From contig CAWJKV010000018.1 of NCBI GenBank assembly GCA_963843555.1, positions 32,001 through 96,000 of the forward strand: a stretch of DNA of 64,000 bases, read 5' to 3'. The DNA comes from an uncultured Methanosarcinales archaeon. GTDB lineage: Archaea > Halobacteriota > Methanosarcinia > Methanotrichales > Methanotrichaceae. The notes beneath the pieces were generated by a model. The model ran no database searches and was not told the DNA's origin. It saw only the letters and a program-made list of their open reading frames with translations. The position numbers and the translations under genes are program-made. Every line of letters starts with the position of its first letter. The stretch's first letter is position 1. Shown piece after piece: positions 1 to 8,892 of the stretch.

Positions 1-260
1 ACCGGGATAAGTACGGTGTGGGCTCCAGCCTGGCAGAGACCATGCGTCTTGTAGGAAATGCTGCCAGCATGGCCCTCGTTACGGTTGGTTTCACCTTTTA
101 TCTGGGGGGATCGGTCATCTTGCCTGAAAATTACCCGGCTTTTCTGCAGAGCATGAGGTTGATACTGGCTGCCTTTTCGGTTCTTTGTATGGCCAGTTTG
201 CTCCTGATTCAGCTGGCTTCACACACAAGCCGCAAAAAAAAGATGACGGACGAAAGCTGA
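1..260 (+). CDS. MFS transporter, C-terminal fragment (5' end outside window)
   Basis: Frame reads ..DKYGVGSSLAETMRLVGNAASMALVT..FLQSMRLILAAFSVLC, typical of the last helices of DHA2-type MFS exporters. Confidence 0.65.
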   Translation, partial: RDKYGVGSSLAETMRLVGNAASMALVTVGFTFYLGGSVILPENYPAFLQSMRLILAAFSVLCMASLLLIQLASHTSRKKKMTDES

Positions 261-371
261 GGATCTCAACCTGATGAAATCCGGCGTTGAAATCATGATC
301 GGATTCTCAAATTCCGTCAAAATGCTTAAGTTGGTTGGAGTCAATAGAGTCAAGCTGATCAGGATCAATCT

Positions 372-1970
372 ATGAACGATAAATATCCCGGCTGTGATGT
401 CCTTCTTACGGGCTATGAAGATCATGAAAACCTGGGGCTGCGCTACATCGCCGCGTACCTCAGGGCGCATGGCATCAGAGCAGGGATGGAGCCCATGACC
501 AGGTCCTCGAACGACGACCTGATGGAGAGGATAAAAAGGGACAGTCCAAAGATAGTAGGGTTTTCCCTCATATTCCAGGGGATGTTCACCCAGTTCAAAG
601 ACCTCATCGGGCGGTTAAGAGATGAGGGCATTCGAGCCCACTTCACAATGGGAGGCCACTTCCCGACGCTGGACTACGAGAGAACTCTCGTACTGATGCC
701 TGGACTCGACACAGTTGTGCGTCATGAGGGCGAGGAGACGCTCCTCGAGCTTTACGAGAAGATCGACCGACCGGACCTCTGGCCGCAGATAAAAGGGCTG
801 GCATGGAGGCGTGGTGGAAAGATAGAGGCATCAGAGCCACGACCACTCATAGAGAACCTGGATCTGTTGCCTTTTCCGGTTAGAGATGCCGAGATGAAAA
901 CTCATATAGGAATGCCTGCAGCATCTATCCTATCGAGCCGGGGATGCAATTTTGACTGCAGCTTCTGCAGCATCCGCAGGTTCTATGGAAGCGCACCTGG
1001 CCCTCTCCGGCGCTCCCGATCTGCCAAGAACGTGGCAGACGAGATGGAGACCCTCTACGAAAATGGGGCCCGCATCTTCGACTTCAAGGATGACGACTTC
1101 GCTATGAAGGGCCGGTCGAGGAGCCGATGGATAGAGGACCTTGCGGGGGAGCTGGAGAGAAGGTCCCTTTCTGATGACATAATCCTGAAGGTAAGCTGCC
1201 GGATAGATGAGATCGAGAGCGAAGCGCTGCAGAGAATGAAAGAGATAGGCCTTGGTATGGTCTACCTGGGTATAGAGTCAGGCTCGGAGGGTGGTCTGAA
1301 GAGCTTTAACAAGCATTACGGCGTCGGCGAGATCCGCGAGACACTGCAGATCCTCCAGGCTATCCAGATGGGTTTTGAGTACGGCTTCATGATCATCGAG
1401 CCCTCTTCGAGCTTTGATTCCATCAGGGAGAACATCTCTTTTCTCCAGGAGCTGTGCAGGGGCGGTAGGGTCGTCGCCCATTTCGCCAGGACCTATCCCT
1501 ATGTCGGGACGGCTGTGGCTGCACGCCTCAAAGCGGAGGGAAGGCTTAAGGGAACTATAGACTACCCCGACTACAGCTACCTCGACGGCAGGATCGACCT
1601 CTTCGAGAGGTTCTTGAATAGGGCCTTTGGCCGATTTCTCTTCGAGACGCAAGGGCTCGTGAACCAGATACAAAACTCCTTCTGGAATGCTCTGCTCCTG
1701 CAGAGATTCGGCAGAGATTCCTACGATGTGGAGGGCTACACGAAGTACCTGATGATGCTCACGGAGAGGTGCAACAATTCTACACTGCTGGCTCTCTCGA
1801 GGGCAGTGGGCTACATGGAGGAGAGAAGCGAGGTCGAGATCCTGCGAGACTGGAAGGAGATGGAACTTGTCATCCAGGAAGTGCTGTTGGCCCAGTCCGG
1901 AATTGAGAAGCAACTGGACGTTCTGAACAGCACATATCACACCATGCCGGAGTTCTGGAAAGGGGTATAG
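372..1970 (+). CDS. Cobalamin-binding radical SAM enzyme (class B-like)
   Basis: N-terminal B12-binding domain (ENLGLRYIAAYL, IVGFS, GGHFPT, HEGEE) and SRGCNFDCSFC CxxxCxxC motif. Confidence 0.9.
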   Translation: MNDKYPGCDVLLTGYEDHENLGLRYIAAYLRAHGIRAGMEPMTRSSNDDLMERIKRDSPKIVGFSLIFQGMFTQFKDLIGRLRDEGIRAHFTMGGHFPTLDYERTLVLMPGLDTVVRHEGEETLLELYEKIDRPDLWPQIKGLAWRRGGKIEASEPRPLIENLDLLPFPVRDAEMKTHIGMPAASILSSRGCNFDCSFCSIRRFYGSAPGPLRRSRSAKNVADEMETLYENGARIFDFKDDDFAMKGRSRSRWIEDLAGELERRSLSDDIILKVSCRIDEIESEALQRMKEIGLGMVYLGIESGSEGGLKSFNKHYGVGEIRETLQILQAIQMGFEYGFMIIEPSSSFDSIRENISFLQELCRGGRVVAHFARTYPYVGTAVAARLKAEGRLKGTIDYPDYSYLDGRIDLFERFLNRAFGRFLFETQGLVNQIQNSFWNALLLQRFGRDSYDVEGYTKYLMMLTERCNNSTLLALSRAVGYMEERSEVEILRDWKEMELVIQEVLLAQSGIEKQLDVLNSTYHTMPEFWKGV

Positions 1971-1981
1971 AGATCTAGATT

Positions 1982-3335
1982 TTAAGGTCCTGGGATCTGA
2001 GGTTTAAGAGTCCAGGTCGGACAGCCTTCGATTACTACCTTTGGAGGAACGACCCTGAACAGCTCGCCTGTCTTCTGGCTGAGGGAGTAGAACCTGTAGA
2101 GCATCTCGACCTGAGCCTGGACGATATCTGTAAATGGTATGCCCACCCCATCCGGGAAGTAGTCTGCTCTCTTCTCATACAGCTCCGTTCCTGGCAGAAT
2201 GTCCAGGACATTGGGAAGCACTCTCGCCGAGGGCCTGGCCTCGTCTATGAACTGGAGGATCTGCCCGAGGGATTCGACAGTCTCACCCGGAAGCCCGAGG
2301 ATGAAGGAGCAGTGGGTCTTTATCCCCATCTCCTCGACCATGCGCACGATCTGCTTTGCCTGTTCTATGGAGAAGTCCTTTCGAATAGTGTCGAGGACCT
2401 TCTGGGAGGCGGATTCTATCCCGAAGAAGATCTCCTCGCACCCGGCATCCTTCATCGTCCCGACGAGGTCTTTGGAGAGGAGGTCTATTCTCGTGCTGCA
2501 CCCCCACTTAACGGGCACCTGCCTTCTCTTCATCTCGCTGCAGAGCCCCTCGACGCGATCCTTGCGCATGGTGAAGTTGTCATCCACGAAGGAGACGTTG
2601 TTTATCTTATACTTCTCCACGAGGTATTCAATCTCGTCCACGACCCTTGAGTTATCTCTGACCCGGTACTTCCTGCCGTGCAGGGATGCAGTCGAGCAGA
2701 AGATGCAGTTGAAGGGACAGCCCCTGGTGGTGATGACGGGCATGCACCTCACAGCGCCATTGCCGATGTAGGCCTCGGGCGTTGGATCGAGAAGGTGGTA
2801 CGCAGGAAAGGGGAGGCTGTCCAGATCTTCCATCCTCTCCCGCAGAGGCGTCGATACTATCCGGCTGCCGTCTCTGTAGGATATGCCGAGCACGTCTGTG
2901 GGAGTCCGGCCGCCTTCGAGGCTTTCTGCAATCTCAGTGAGGGCGTGCTCACCTTCATACCGGACAACAATATCGACTTCCGGCACTGATTTGAGGATCT
3001 CCTCGTGGGTGAATGTGGCATGCACGCCGCCCATGACGATTTTTATGCCGGGATCGTATGACTTTACTGCCTTCGCCACATCGACTGCATTTTTGTAGTT
3101 GGAAGAAAAGGATGTGATGCCGACGATATCCGGTTGGAACTGGGCAAGCCTCTTATTGAGGTCTCCGGGATGAAGGTTGAGCATGTCCATGTCCAGGATC
3201 CGGGCTAGAGAAGCCAGCCTCATCGAGGTATGCCGCAATGTAGCCCAGTCCTAAAGGAATACTTGCGATCTTCATGTAGCCTAAAGGTATCCTGCCGCCG
3301 GTCCAGTAATGTGGGTTGATGAGGAGGATCTTCAA
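1982..3335 (-). CDS. Cobalamin-binding radical SAM enzyme; frameshift near 3205 splits the N-terminus
   Basis: ORF 3153-3335 gives MKILLINP..PLGLGYIAAYL and ORF 1982-3238 continues RILDMD..GGVHAT..TRGCPFNCIFC. Confidence 0.9.
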
Positions 3336-3339
3336 AAAA

Positions 3340-3813
3340 TCACCCGGTTATATCCACGAGGTCGAGCTCCTCCAGGAGGAGAAGAAAGGAGAAGAGATCC
3401 CTTGTGAGAACGCTGCTCTGGACATTCGGCCAGAGGGTCTCAAGATCCGAGATGATGGTGCTTACACTCTTCTCGCCATCGCAGAGCCTGCAGACCTCGG
3501 ATCCCGTGCTGTTGATGAAGAAAGGAATGTAGGTGTCCGGGTGTATGCCCACGACCTGGCTGCCGCCGTCGATCCAGTACTTTCCGTGCCTTCTCACAGG
3601 ATGCTTGCCTGCGAACTCATCAAATCTGATGGTGATCCCCACACCGTCATCGGGGAAAGAGACCTGACAGTCGATCATCTTCTCCTGAGCAAGGACCTCG
3701 CCAATTCTCACCGCAAGCTCAGTCTTGATGTCTCCGGCATTCTTCGATCTTAAGGGAAAGATGGTTGCCACTGCAGGAGGGTCGTACTCAACGTCTGGGA
3801 GCACTCTTTTCAC
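3340..3813 (-). CDS. PqqD/RiPP recognition element (RRE) domain protein with N-terminal extension
   Basis: C-terminal FFINSTGSEVCRLCDGEKSVSTIISDL..LTRDLFSFLLLLEELDLV fits the PqqD winged-helix pattern (lN.tg..iw.l.DG..sv..i...L......D...fl..L....lv). Confidence 0.8.
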   Translation of the reverse strand: MKRVLPDVEYDPPAVATIFPLRSKNAGDIKTELAVRIGEVLAQEKMIDCQVSFPDDGVGITIRFDEFAGKHPVRRHGKYWIDGGSQVVGIHPDTYIPFFINSTGSEVCRLCDGEKSVSTIISDLETLWPNVQSSVLTRDLFSFLLLLEELDLVDITG

Positions 3814-3829
3814 TCCGCCGCTCTACTGC

Positions 3830-4222
3830 TCAGAAGGTCGTTTCGCGGAAGCAAGGCGCCGGGTCTACGATCACCGTCGTCCAGGGCTTTATTCTGATGG
3901 GTGCAATGATCGGGTTGATGACGATGCTCGACCACTGCGGGTAGTATCTGTCTATATCCTCGGCCGGGATATTCTTCAGGCTCTCTGTGACGAGGGCCGT
4001 GACCTTCTCCTTCAAGTCTATGGCTGCGTTCAGCCTTTCTTCAGGGTCGCTGTTTGCGGCCTTGACGTAAAGCTTTGCAACTTTCTGCATGAGCTCTTTG
4101 TTATCGGCCATCATGTTCATGATAGCTGACATCGTCTTGAGCTGGCGGACCTGCTCGCTTGTGACCTTGAAGTCGGGCAGCTTTCGCGCCGCCATCTTTT
4201 CAGGGGCATCTTCTTTTGGCAT
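3830..4222 (-). CDS. Hypothetical 130-aa protein, putative RiPP precursor peptide
   Basis: First gene of the precursor-RRE-rSAM unit (gaps 16 and 4 bp); charged helical N-terminus and Ile/Val/Pro/Trp-rich repeated C-terminus. Confidence 0.55.
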   Translation of the reverse strand: MPKEDAPEKMAARKLPDFKVTSEQVRQLKTMSAIMNMMADNKELMQKVAKLYVKAANSDPEERLNAAIDLKEKVTALVTESLKNIPAEDIDRYYPQWSSIVINPIIAPIRIKPWTTVIVDPAPCFRETTF

Positions 4223-4244
4223 AGAAGTATAATAGGCGGCGATA

Positions 4245-4286
4245 ACTTAAATTGTTTCTTGTATTTGAAATATGTATTTGAAATAC
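4245..4286 (-). promoter_or_regulatory. Putative TATA/BRE with adjacent tandem palindromic operator upstream of the precursor gene
   Basis: Minus strand AAGAAACAATTTAAGTT about 25-30 nt upstream of the ATG at 4222; TGTATTTGAAATA repeated at 4260-4272 and 4273-4285. Confidence 0.5.
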
Positions 4287-4333
4287 GTAATTGAGATTAG
4301 GTCGTGTGTGTAATGGTTTCCAATTAGCCTCGA

Positions 4334-4696
4334 TCACAAGAAAGTTATCTCAACAGGATCGCCTTCTTTCAGACCCAAAGCCCGGCGAAGTTGCACGGGC
4401 GCTATGACCTCCACCAAATCCGCTGGATAGCGGCTCCGCTCGGGCCGGACCACGGCGGCCTCGATGCCGTTCAGTCTGATGCGATAGCATTTGCACTCGC
4501 CAAAGCTCCGGCCCTCTTCCTGGAAGCCCTCGATCCGAATCGCCTGCAGCTCCGCCGGGAAAGGCTCCTCCAGCAGCACGTTCAGGGTGCCTGGGAAGGG
4601 GACAAAGCCCAGGTGCTGCAAGAACTGGCGGCTGTAGCCCTCACGGGATATGAAGTACTGGCCCTGACCCAGGCCCGCTGCAATTTTTCCGCGCAT
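4334..4696 (-). CDS. ribK: CTP-dependent riboflavin kinase (DUF120)
   Basis: GLGQGQYF, PFPGTLN, VVRPERS..EVIAPVQLR motifs. Confidence 0.9.
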   Translation of the reverse strand: MRGKIAAGLGQGQYFISREGYSRQFLQHLGFVPFPGTLNVLLEEPFPAELQAIRIEGFQEEGRSFGECKCYRIRLNGIEAAVVRPERSRYPADLVEVIAPVQLRRALGLKEGDPVEITFL

Positions 4697-4715
4697 GATA
4701 TCATATCATTCAGCA

Positions 4716-4940
4716 TTAGATGAGATCTTGTAGTTCATCTCGACTTATATCCGCTTCTTTAAGAATTTTGCATAAGAGTTTTTTAGGTATATCATAACCG
4801 TGAAATGGAACTACCGTTACTAATTCTTTCTTATTATTATAGTATGTGTGATGGCTTCCAAGAATTCTTATTAAAGCAAATCCATCCTTTTCCAGGGCCT
4901 TTGCAAGTTCCTGAGGGGAGACGGATGGCAACTTAGGCAT
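4716..4940 (-). CDS. hicA: HicA-family mRNA interferase toxin
   Basis: MPKLPSVS..LEKDGF..GSHH..VVPFH..DIP..IL..A pattern. Confidence 0.88.
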   Translation of the reverse strand: MPKLPSVSPQELAKALEKDGFALIRILGSHHTYYNNKKELVTVVPFHGYDIPKKLLCKILKEADISRDELQDLI

Positions 4941-5166
4941 GAGCTTCAACTACTACTGTGTATTCGAATGTTCCTTCTTCCGTTGGAATTTCTTTTCCCA
5001 GGTCATGCAAGGTTTCAATATATACTTCTATGGCCTCTTTTGCCATCTCTACGGCTTCTTCCACAGTTTTTCCGAAGGTATTGCATCCTGGAAGGGTAGG
5101 TACCGAAGCGATATAAACACCTTCTTCCGGATCTTTTTTTATTATTACACGGTATTTCAGGGACAT
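4933..5166 (-). CDS. hicB: HicB-family antitoxin
   Basis: YIASVPTLPGCNTFGKTVEEAVEMAKEAI; overlaps the hicA start. Confidence 0.9.
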   Translation of the reverse strand: MSLKYRVIIKKDPEEGVYIASVPTLPGCNTFGKTVEEAVEMAKEAIEVYIETLHDLGKEIPTEEGTFEYTVVVEAHA

Positions 5167-5204
5167 AATCAATCCATCTATTGATCGATCTTGTATATCT
5201 ACAT

Positions 5205-5440
5205 CTCTAATGTGGTGTTGGAAATGGCCATCATCGGCAGCACAACATCCAGCATCTTAAGATCCTTTCTTCGCATCATCTGCTGTGTAGTCCAGAGGGA
5301 CACACTTTCGCTGAGTAGCATCAGCATCTCTCATTTGCTCTTGACCCCGGCTAGCTCTGCTGCCTTGCCCAGGGAGAGCCTGCCTTCACGGTAGAGCTCC
5401 ACTGCCAGAGAGCGCTTTATGAAAGGGCCTAGCTGGTCTT
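5205..5440 (-). pseudogene. Remnant of UPF0175-family gene plus first codons of a probable PIN/DUF3368 partner
   Basis: Minus strand reads LAVELYREGRLSLGKAAELAGVKSK*EML (TGA at 5331-5333), then MMAISNTT which stops abruptly. Confidence 0.6.
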
Positions 5441-5641
5441 TAATGAGAGCCAGAATTGAGCCCAGAAGATCCACAACAGCGCGAACCGTTTTCATCACCA
5501 GATGATAGTTTGGGAGTCAAACTTCTGACCACGTCATGTTTATCATCAGTATAGATCATAGATTCTATTGTCTGTAATTGTATGACGCAAAAATGGAGGT
5601 AGTCACACATCCTCGCGAAAATTCGTGCCATTCTCGATCTT

Positions 5642-6454
5642 GTGAGAATAGATCTCGTATTCGGCGCTGGGATATTTGTCGTGGCCGGCGAGATTTTGGG
5701 TCTTGGTGGATTGCCCCCTTTGAACAAGGCGTTTTTAGGATTTCTGACCGGATTCTTCATCTCCGGTTCTGCAAATATTTCCAATGATTATTTTGACCGG
5801 GCCGTAGACCGGATCAATCAGCCAAAACGACCCCTTCCCTCTGGCCGGATTTCTGTTGCTGAACTGTGGACCCTGTTTCTCTTTTTCACTGCCGCGGGTC
5901 TGGCAACCGCAACCCTCCTCGGATCGCCCGTGCTGGTTTTGTCAACAGCAGCCTGGGGGATCGCTCTTCTCTACAATATAAAATTTAAGGAGATGGGCCT
6001 CTTCGGGAACCTGACCGTAGCCTTTTGCGTTGCAATGACGGTTATCATCGGTGGAGTGACCGTGGGGGTGATAAACGGGATTGTGTTGACGTTTGCTGCT
6101 TTGGCATTCCTTTTCGATCTTGGCGAGGAGATCGCAGCGGATGCGATGGACGTCATTGGCGATGAGTTGCGATCATCAAAAAGCATCGCAAAGAGAAAGG
6201 ACAGAACATATGCTCTCAGGCTGTCTGGTGTGATATTCATTATTTTTATCATATTGTCCTTTCTTCCGTTCCTGATGGGTTGGCTTGGATACTTCTATCT
6301 GCTGCTCGTTGTAGCAACTGATCTATGCATATCGTATTTTTCCTCCCGGCTTATTCTGAGCAATACGATAGAAGAAGGGCGGATTCAGATTCGCAGGCTG
6401 TACTTGACCTGGGGCATGTTTGTTACTGTATTCATATTTACCAACCTCATTTGA
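5642..6454 (+). CDS. UbiA-family prenyltransferase (DGGGP synthase-like); true start probably slightly upstream
   Basis: NDYFDRAVDRINQPKRPLPSG and D.MDV.GD motifs; multiple TM helices. Confidence 0.85.
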   Translation: MRIDLVFGAGIFVVAGEILGLGGLPPLNKAFLGFLTGFFISGSANISNDYFDRAVDRINQPKRPLPSGRISVAELWTLFLFFTAAGLATATLLGSPVLVLSTAAWGIALLYNIKFKEMGLFGNLTVAFCVAMTVIIGGVTVGVINGIVLTFAALAFLFDLGEEIAADAMDVIGDELRSSKSIAKRKDRTYALRLSGVIFIIFIILSFLPFLMGWLGYFYLLLVVATDLCISYFSSRLILSNTIEEGRIQIRRLYLTWGMFVTVFIFTNLI

Positions 6455-6489
6455 CAGGCAATCTGTATAGTTTGCAGATAATTGGGCAA

Positions 6490-6600
6490 AGCTTCAGCTC
6501 TTTGATGATCTTGCGTGCTTTATTGGACTACTTAGGGTGTTATGATCGGTTATAGAGAGGCCCGCGAGGCCCGGCGGGCGGCAGCCTTGAGGATCGTCTT
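6490..6600. repeat. Diverged ~110-bp copy of part of the PHP gene (matches 7439-7551)
   Basis: AGCTTCAGCTCTTTGATGA...ATGATCGGTTATAGAGAGGCC...GGCAGCCTTGAGGATCGTCTT occurs at both positions. Confidence 0.85.
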
Positions 6601-6939
6601 GCTCCATCATAATCCCTGGATCAGGACCAAATGGAGATTGCCTTAAATACTGCTCAACTATCTGTCCACTATCAGAGGTTCGGTCCCATCCGATTGATAA
6701 ACGAGGCGTTAGAATGAAGATCAAATCCTCTTTGTGGCGATTTCGATATCCTGGAATGGATTGTGCAGTTGATCTGAGATTTGCGTGGGCCGCTTCGGAA
6801 AAAGAGGCGAGGTCCGCGCTCACGAAAAAATTAAAAATCAGGAAATTGCCAGAAGGAACCGAGCTCTGGCCTGAGGACGGTAATTAATTACCTTTCTAAC
6901 GCCCTTGCTTTTTGTGAGCCTTTGCCTAATCCCTGCGGG

Positions 6940-7605
6940 CTACACTATCCGCCTTCCCCGCACACCCTTCCTCACAATCATGTAGATCGATTGAAAAGTA
7001 TTCCCAATGAAGAACCGCGGCGACGTCCTCTTGCCTATTATCCTGGTCTGCCCGGCACGGATGGCCTCTATCGCCTCCTCTGCATCCGAGGCATCAATAT
7101 CCGTGACGCCCAGGCCAACTGTCGCAGCAAAGTGCGAGTCGCTTCCTGCCACCGTAGGAAGACCGCGCCTCCGCGCCTCTCTGCGGGCCCGGGCATTGGC
7201 AATGCCGAAGAGGTGCTTGGAGTTGTATACCTCCACCGCATCGCAGTCCGGCACCCGCCCGATGGCGTGCCGGAAGGGATGATAAGGATGGGGAACAATG
7301 GTGATGCCTCCCTGCTCGTGCACCAGATCGGTCGTCTCCTCAGGGCTGAGCCCTCGGGGCGGGATCTCCTTTACACCCAGAACCAGCAGATGGCCTTCGG
7401 CAGTCGTGACCTCCGCACCGGGAATGAGGATCAGGTCGAGCTTCAGCTCTTTGATGACCTTGCGGGCTTTATCAGACCCCCTCAGGGTGTCATGATCGGT
7501 TATAGAGAGGCCGGCGAGCTTGCGCCGCGCGGCAGCCTTGAGGATCGTCTTTACCTCATCGCGGCCATCAGAACAGTTGGAATGAATATGCAGATCAAAT
7601 TTCAT
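6940..7605 (-). CDS. PHP-domain metal-dependent phosphoesterase
   Basis: DLHIHS.CSDG, ITDHD, EVTT.EGH, PHPY, GSDSH. Confidence 0.9.
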   Translation of the reverse strand: MKFDLHIHSNCSDGRDEVKTILKAAARRKLAGLSITDHDTLRGSDKARKVIKELKLDLILIPGAEVTTAEGHLLVLGVKEIPPRGLSPEETTDLVHEQGGITIVPHPYHPFRHAIGRVPDCDAVEVYNSKHLFGIANARARREARRRGLPTVAGSDSHFAATVGLGVTDIDASDAEEAIEAIRAGQTRIIGKRTSPRFFIGNTFQSIYMIVRKGVRGRRIV

Positions 7606-7607
7606 TT

Positions 7608-8849
7608 TCAAACTCCTGGCACAGCCAGGCAACCCTGCAGAGCCGACGCAGCGGCGGTGGCCGGGCTCGCCAGATAAACCAGTCCGCCTTTGCCCATCCT
7701 TCCCGGGAAGTTCCGATTAGAGGTAGAGACGCAGACCTCCCCCTCACTCAAAACACCCATATGCGCTCCCAGACACGGCCCGCATCCCGGAGGACCGACC
7801 ATAGCCCCTGCTTCCACCAGCGTCTGGATGATTCCGCATTGCAAGGCCTCCAGCAGAACCTCTCGCGAGGCGGGAATGACCAGGGTTCTGGCTTTGACCT
7901 GTTTTCCCTTCAGGACCCTGGCCGCCACCTCCAGGTCTTCCAATCTCCCGTTGGTGCAGGTGCCGATGAATACCTGGTCGACTTCAAGGCCCGCCAGCTC
8001 TGAAACGGGCCGAACATTGTCCACCCGAAAGGGCACCGCCACCTGGGGCTCAAGATCGGTTATGTCATAATCGTATTCATAATCGTATGAACCAGGATCG
8101 GAGTGCACGGGCGTATAAGGCTGGCGCGCCCGGCCCGCGAGCCACTCTTCAGTCTTCTCGTCGGGCGGAACCATTGTTGCCTTGGCCCCCATCTCCACGC
8201 CCAGATTGCAGAGCGTCATCCTTCCCGAAATGCTCAGGGCCTCGACTGCAGGGCCGAGATACTCCACGGCTTTGTAGGTCGCCCCGTCTGCGCCCAGATC
8301 TCCAATCACCATGAGAGCTATATCCTTAGCAGAGACAAATGGCGCAAGCCGTCCGGCTACTCGCACGGCTATCGTCTCCGGCACCTTGAACCAGAGCCGG
8401 CCGCACGAATAGATCTCGGCCATATCCGTTGCCCCCACTCCCGTGCCGAAAGCCCCAAAGGCGCCATAGGTGCAGGAATGCGAATCGGCACCAACTACCA
8501 GCAAGCCCGGCAGTGCAAATCCCTGCTCCGGGAAGACCTGATGACATACCCCCCAGCCACAGTCGAAGAAGTTCGAGATCTTCTGCTCCTTTGCCCAGGC
8601 TCGCACCTCTTCTTGCAACTCAGCTGTGGTCTCATTGTTGGCGGGAACAATGTGGTCGAAGGGTACCACCAACCTTTCCGGGTCCCAAACCTCGACCGAT
8701 CCCATCTCCCGGAAGGCTTTGATGGCCAGTACTGAAGTCCCATCATGGGACATGGCATAATCTACGCCTGCCTCAACGATCTCCCCCGGCTCCACCATCC
8801 TGGCAGAGCCGGAGGCCCGCGAAAAAATTTTCTGGCTTATTGTCGCCAC
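7608..8849 (-). CDS. Homoaconitase / 3-isopropylmalate dehydratase large subunit (HacA/LeuC family)
   Basis: [45 protein letters not shown]. Confidence 0.9.
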   Translation of the reverse strand: MATISQKIFSRASGSARMVEPGEIVEAGVDYAMSHDGTSVLAIKAFREMGSVEVWDPERLVVPFDHIVPANNETTAELQEEVRAWAKEQKISNFFDCGWGVCHQVFPEQGFALPGLLVVGADSHSCTYGAFGAFGTGVGATDMAEIYSCGRLWFKVPETIAVRVAGRLAPFVSAKDIALMVIGDLGADGATYKAVEYLGPAVEALSISGRMTLCNLGVEMGAKATMVPPDEKTEEWLAGRARQPYTPVHSDPGSYDYEYDYDITDLEPQVAVPFRVDNVRPVSELAGLEVDQVFIGTCTNGRLEDLEVAARVLKGKQVKARTLVIPASREVLLEALQCGIIQTLVEAGAMVGPPGCGPCLGAHMGVLSEGEVCVSTSNRNFPGRMGKGGLVYLASPATAAASALQGCLAVPGV

Positions 8850-8892
8850 ATTCGTCAGCCTCAGCGATATCACGAAATGGCGATTCTCTCTC

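Noticed and set aside
3190..3240. Programmed ribosomal frameshifting in split genes
   Set aside because: No consistent slippery heptamer or stimulatory structure; the window-wide indel rate explains the splits
3340..3813. PQQ biosynthesis locus
   Set aside because: No pqqA (ExxxY), pqqB, pqqC or SPASM-type pqqE; the neighbouring rSAMs are B12-binding type
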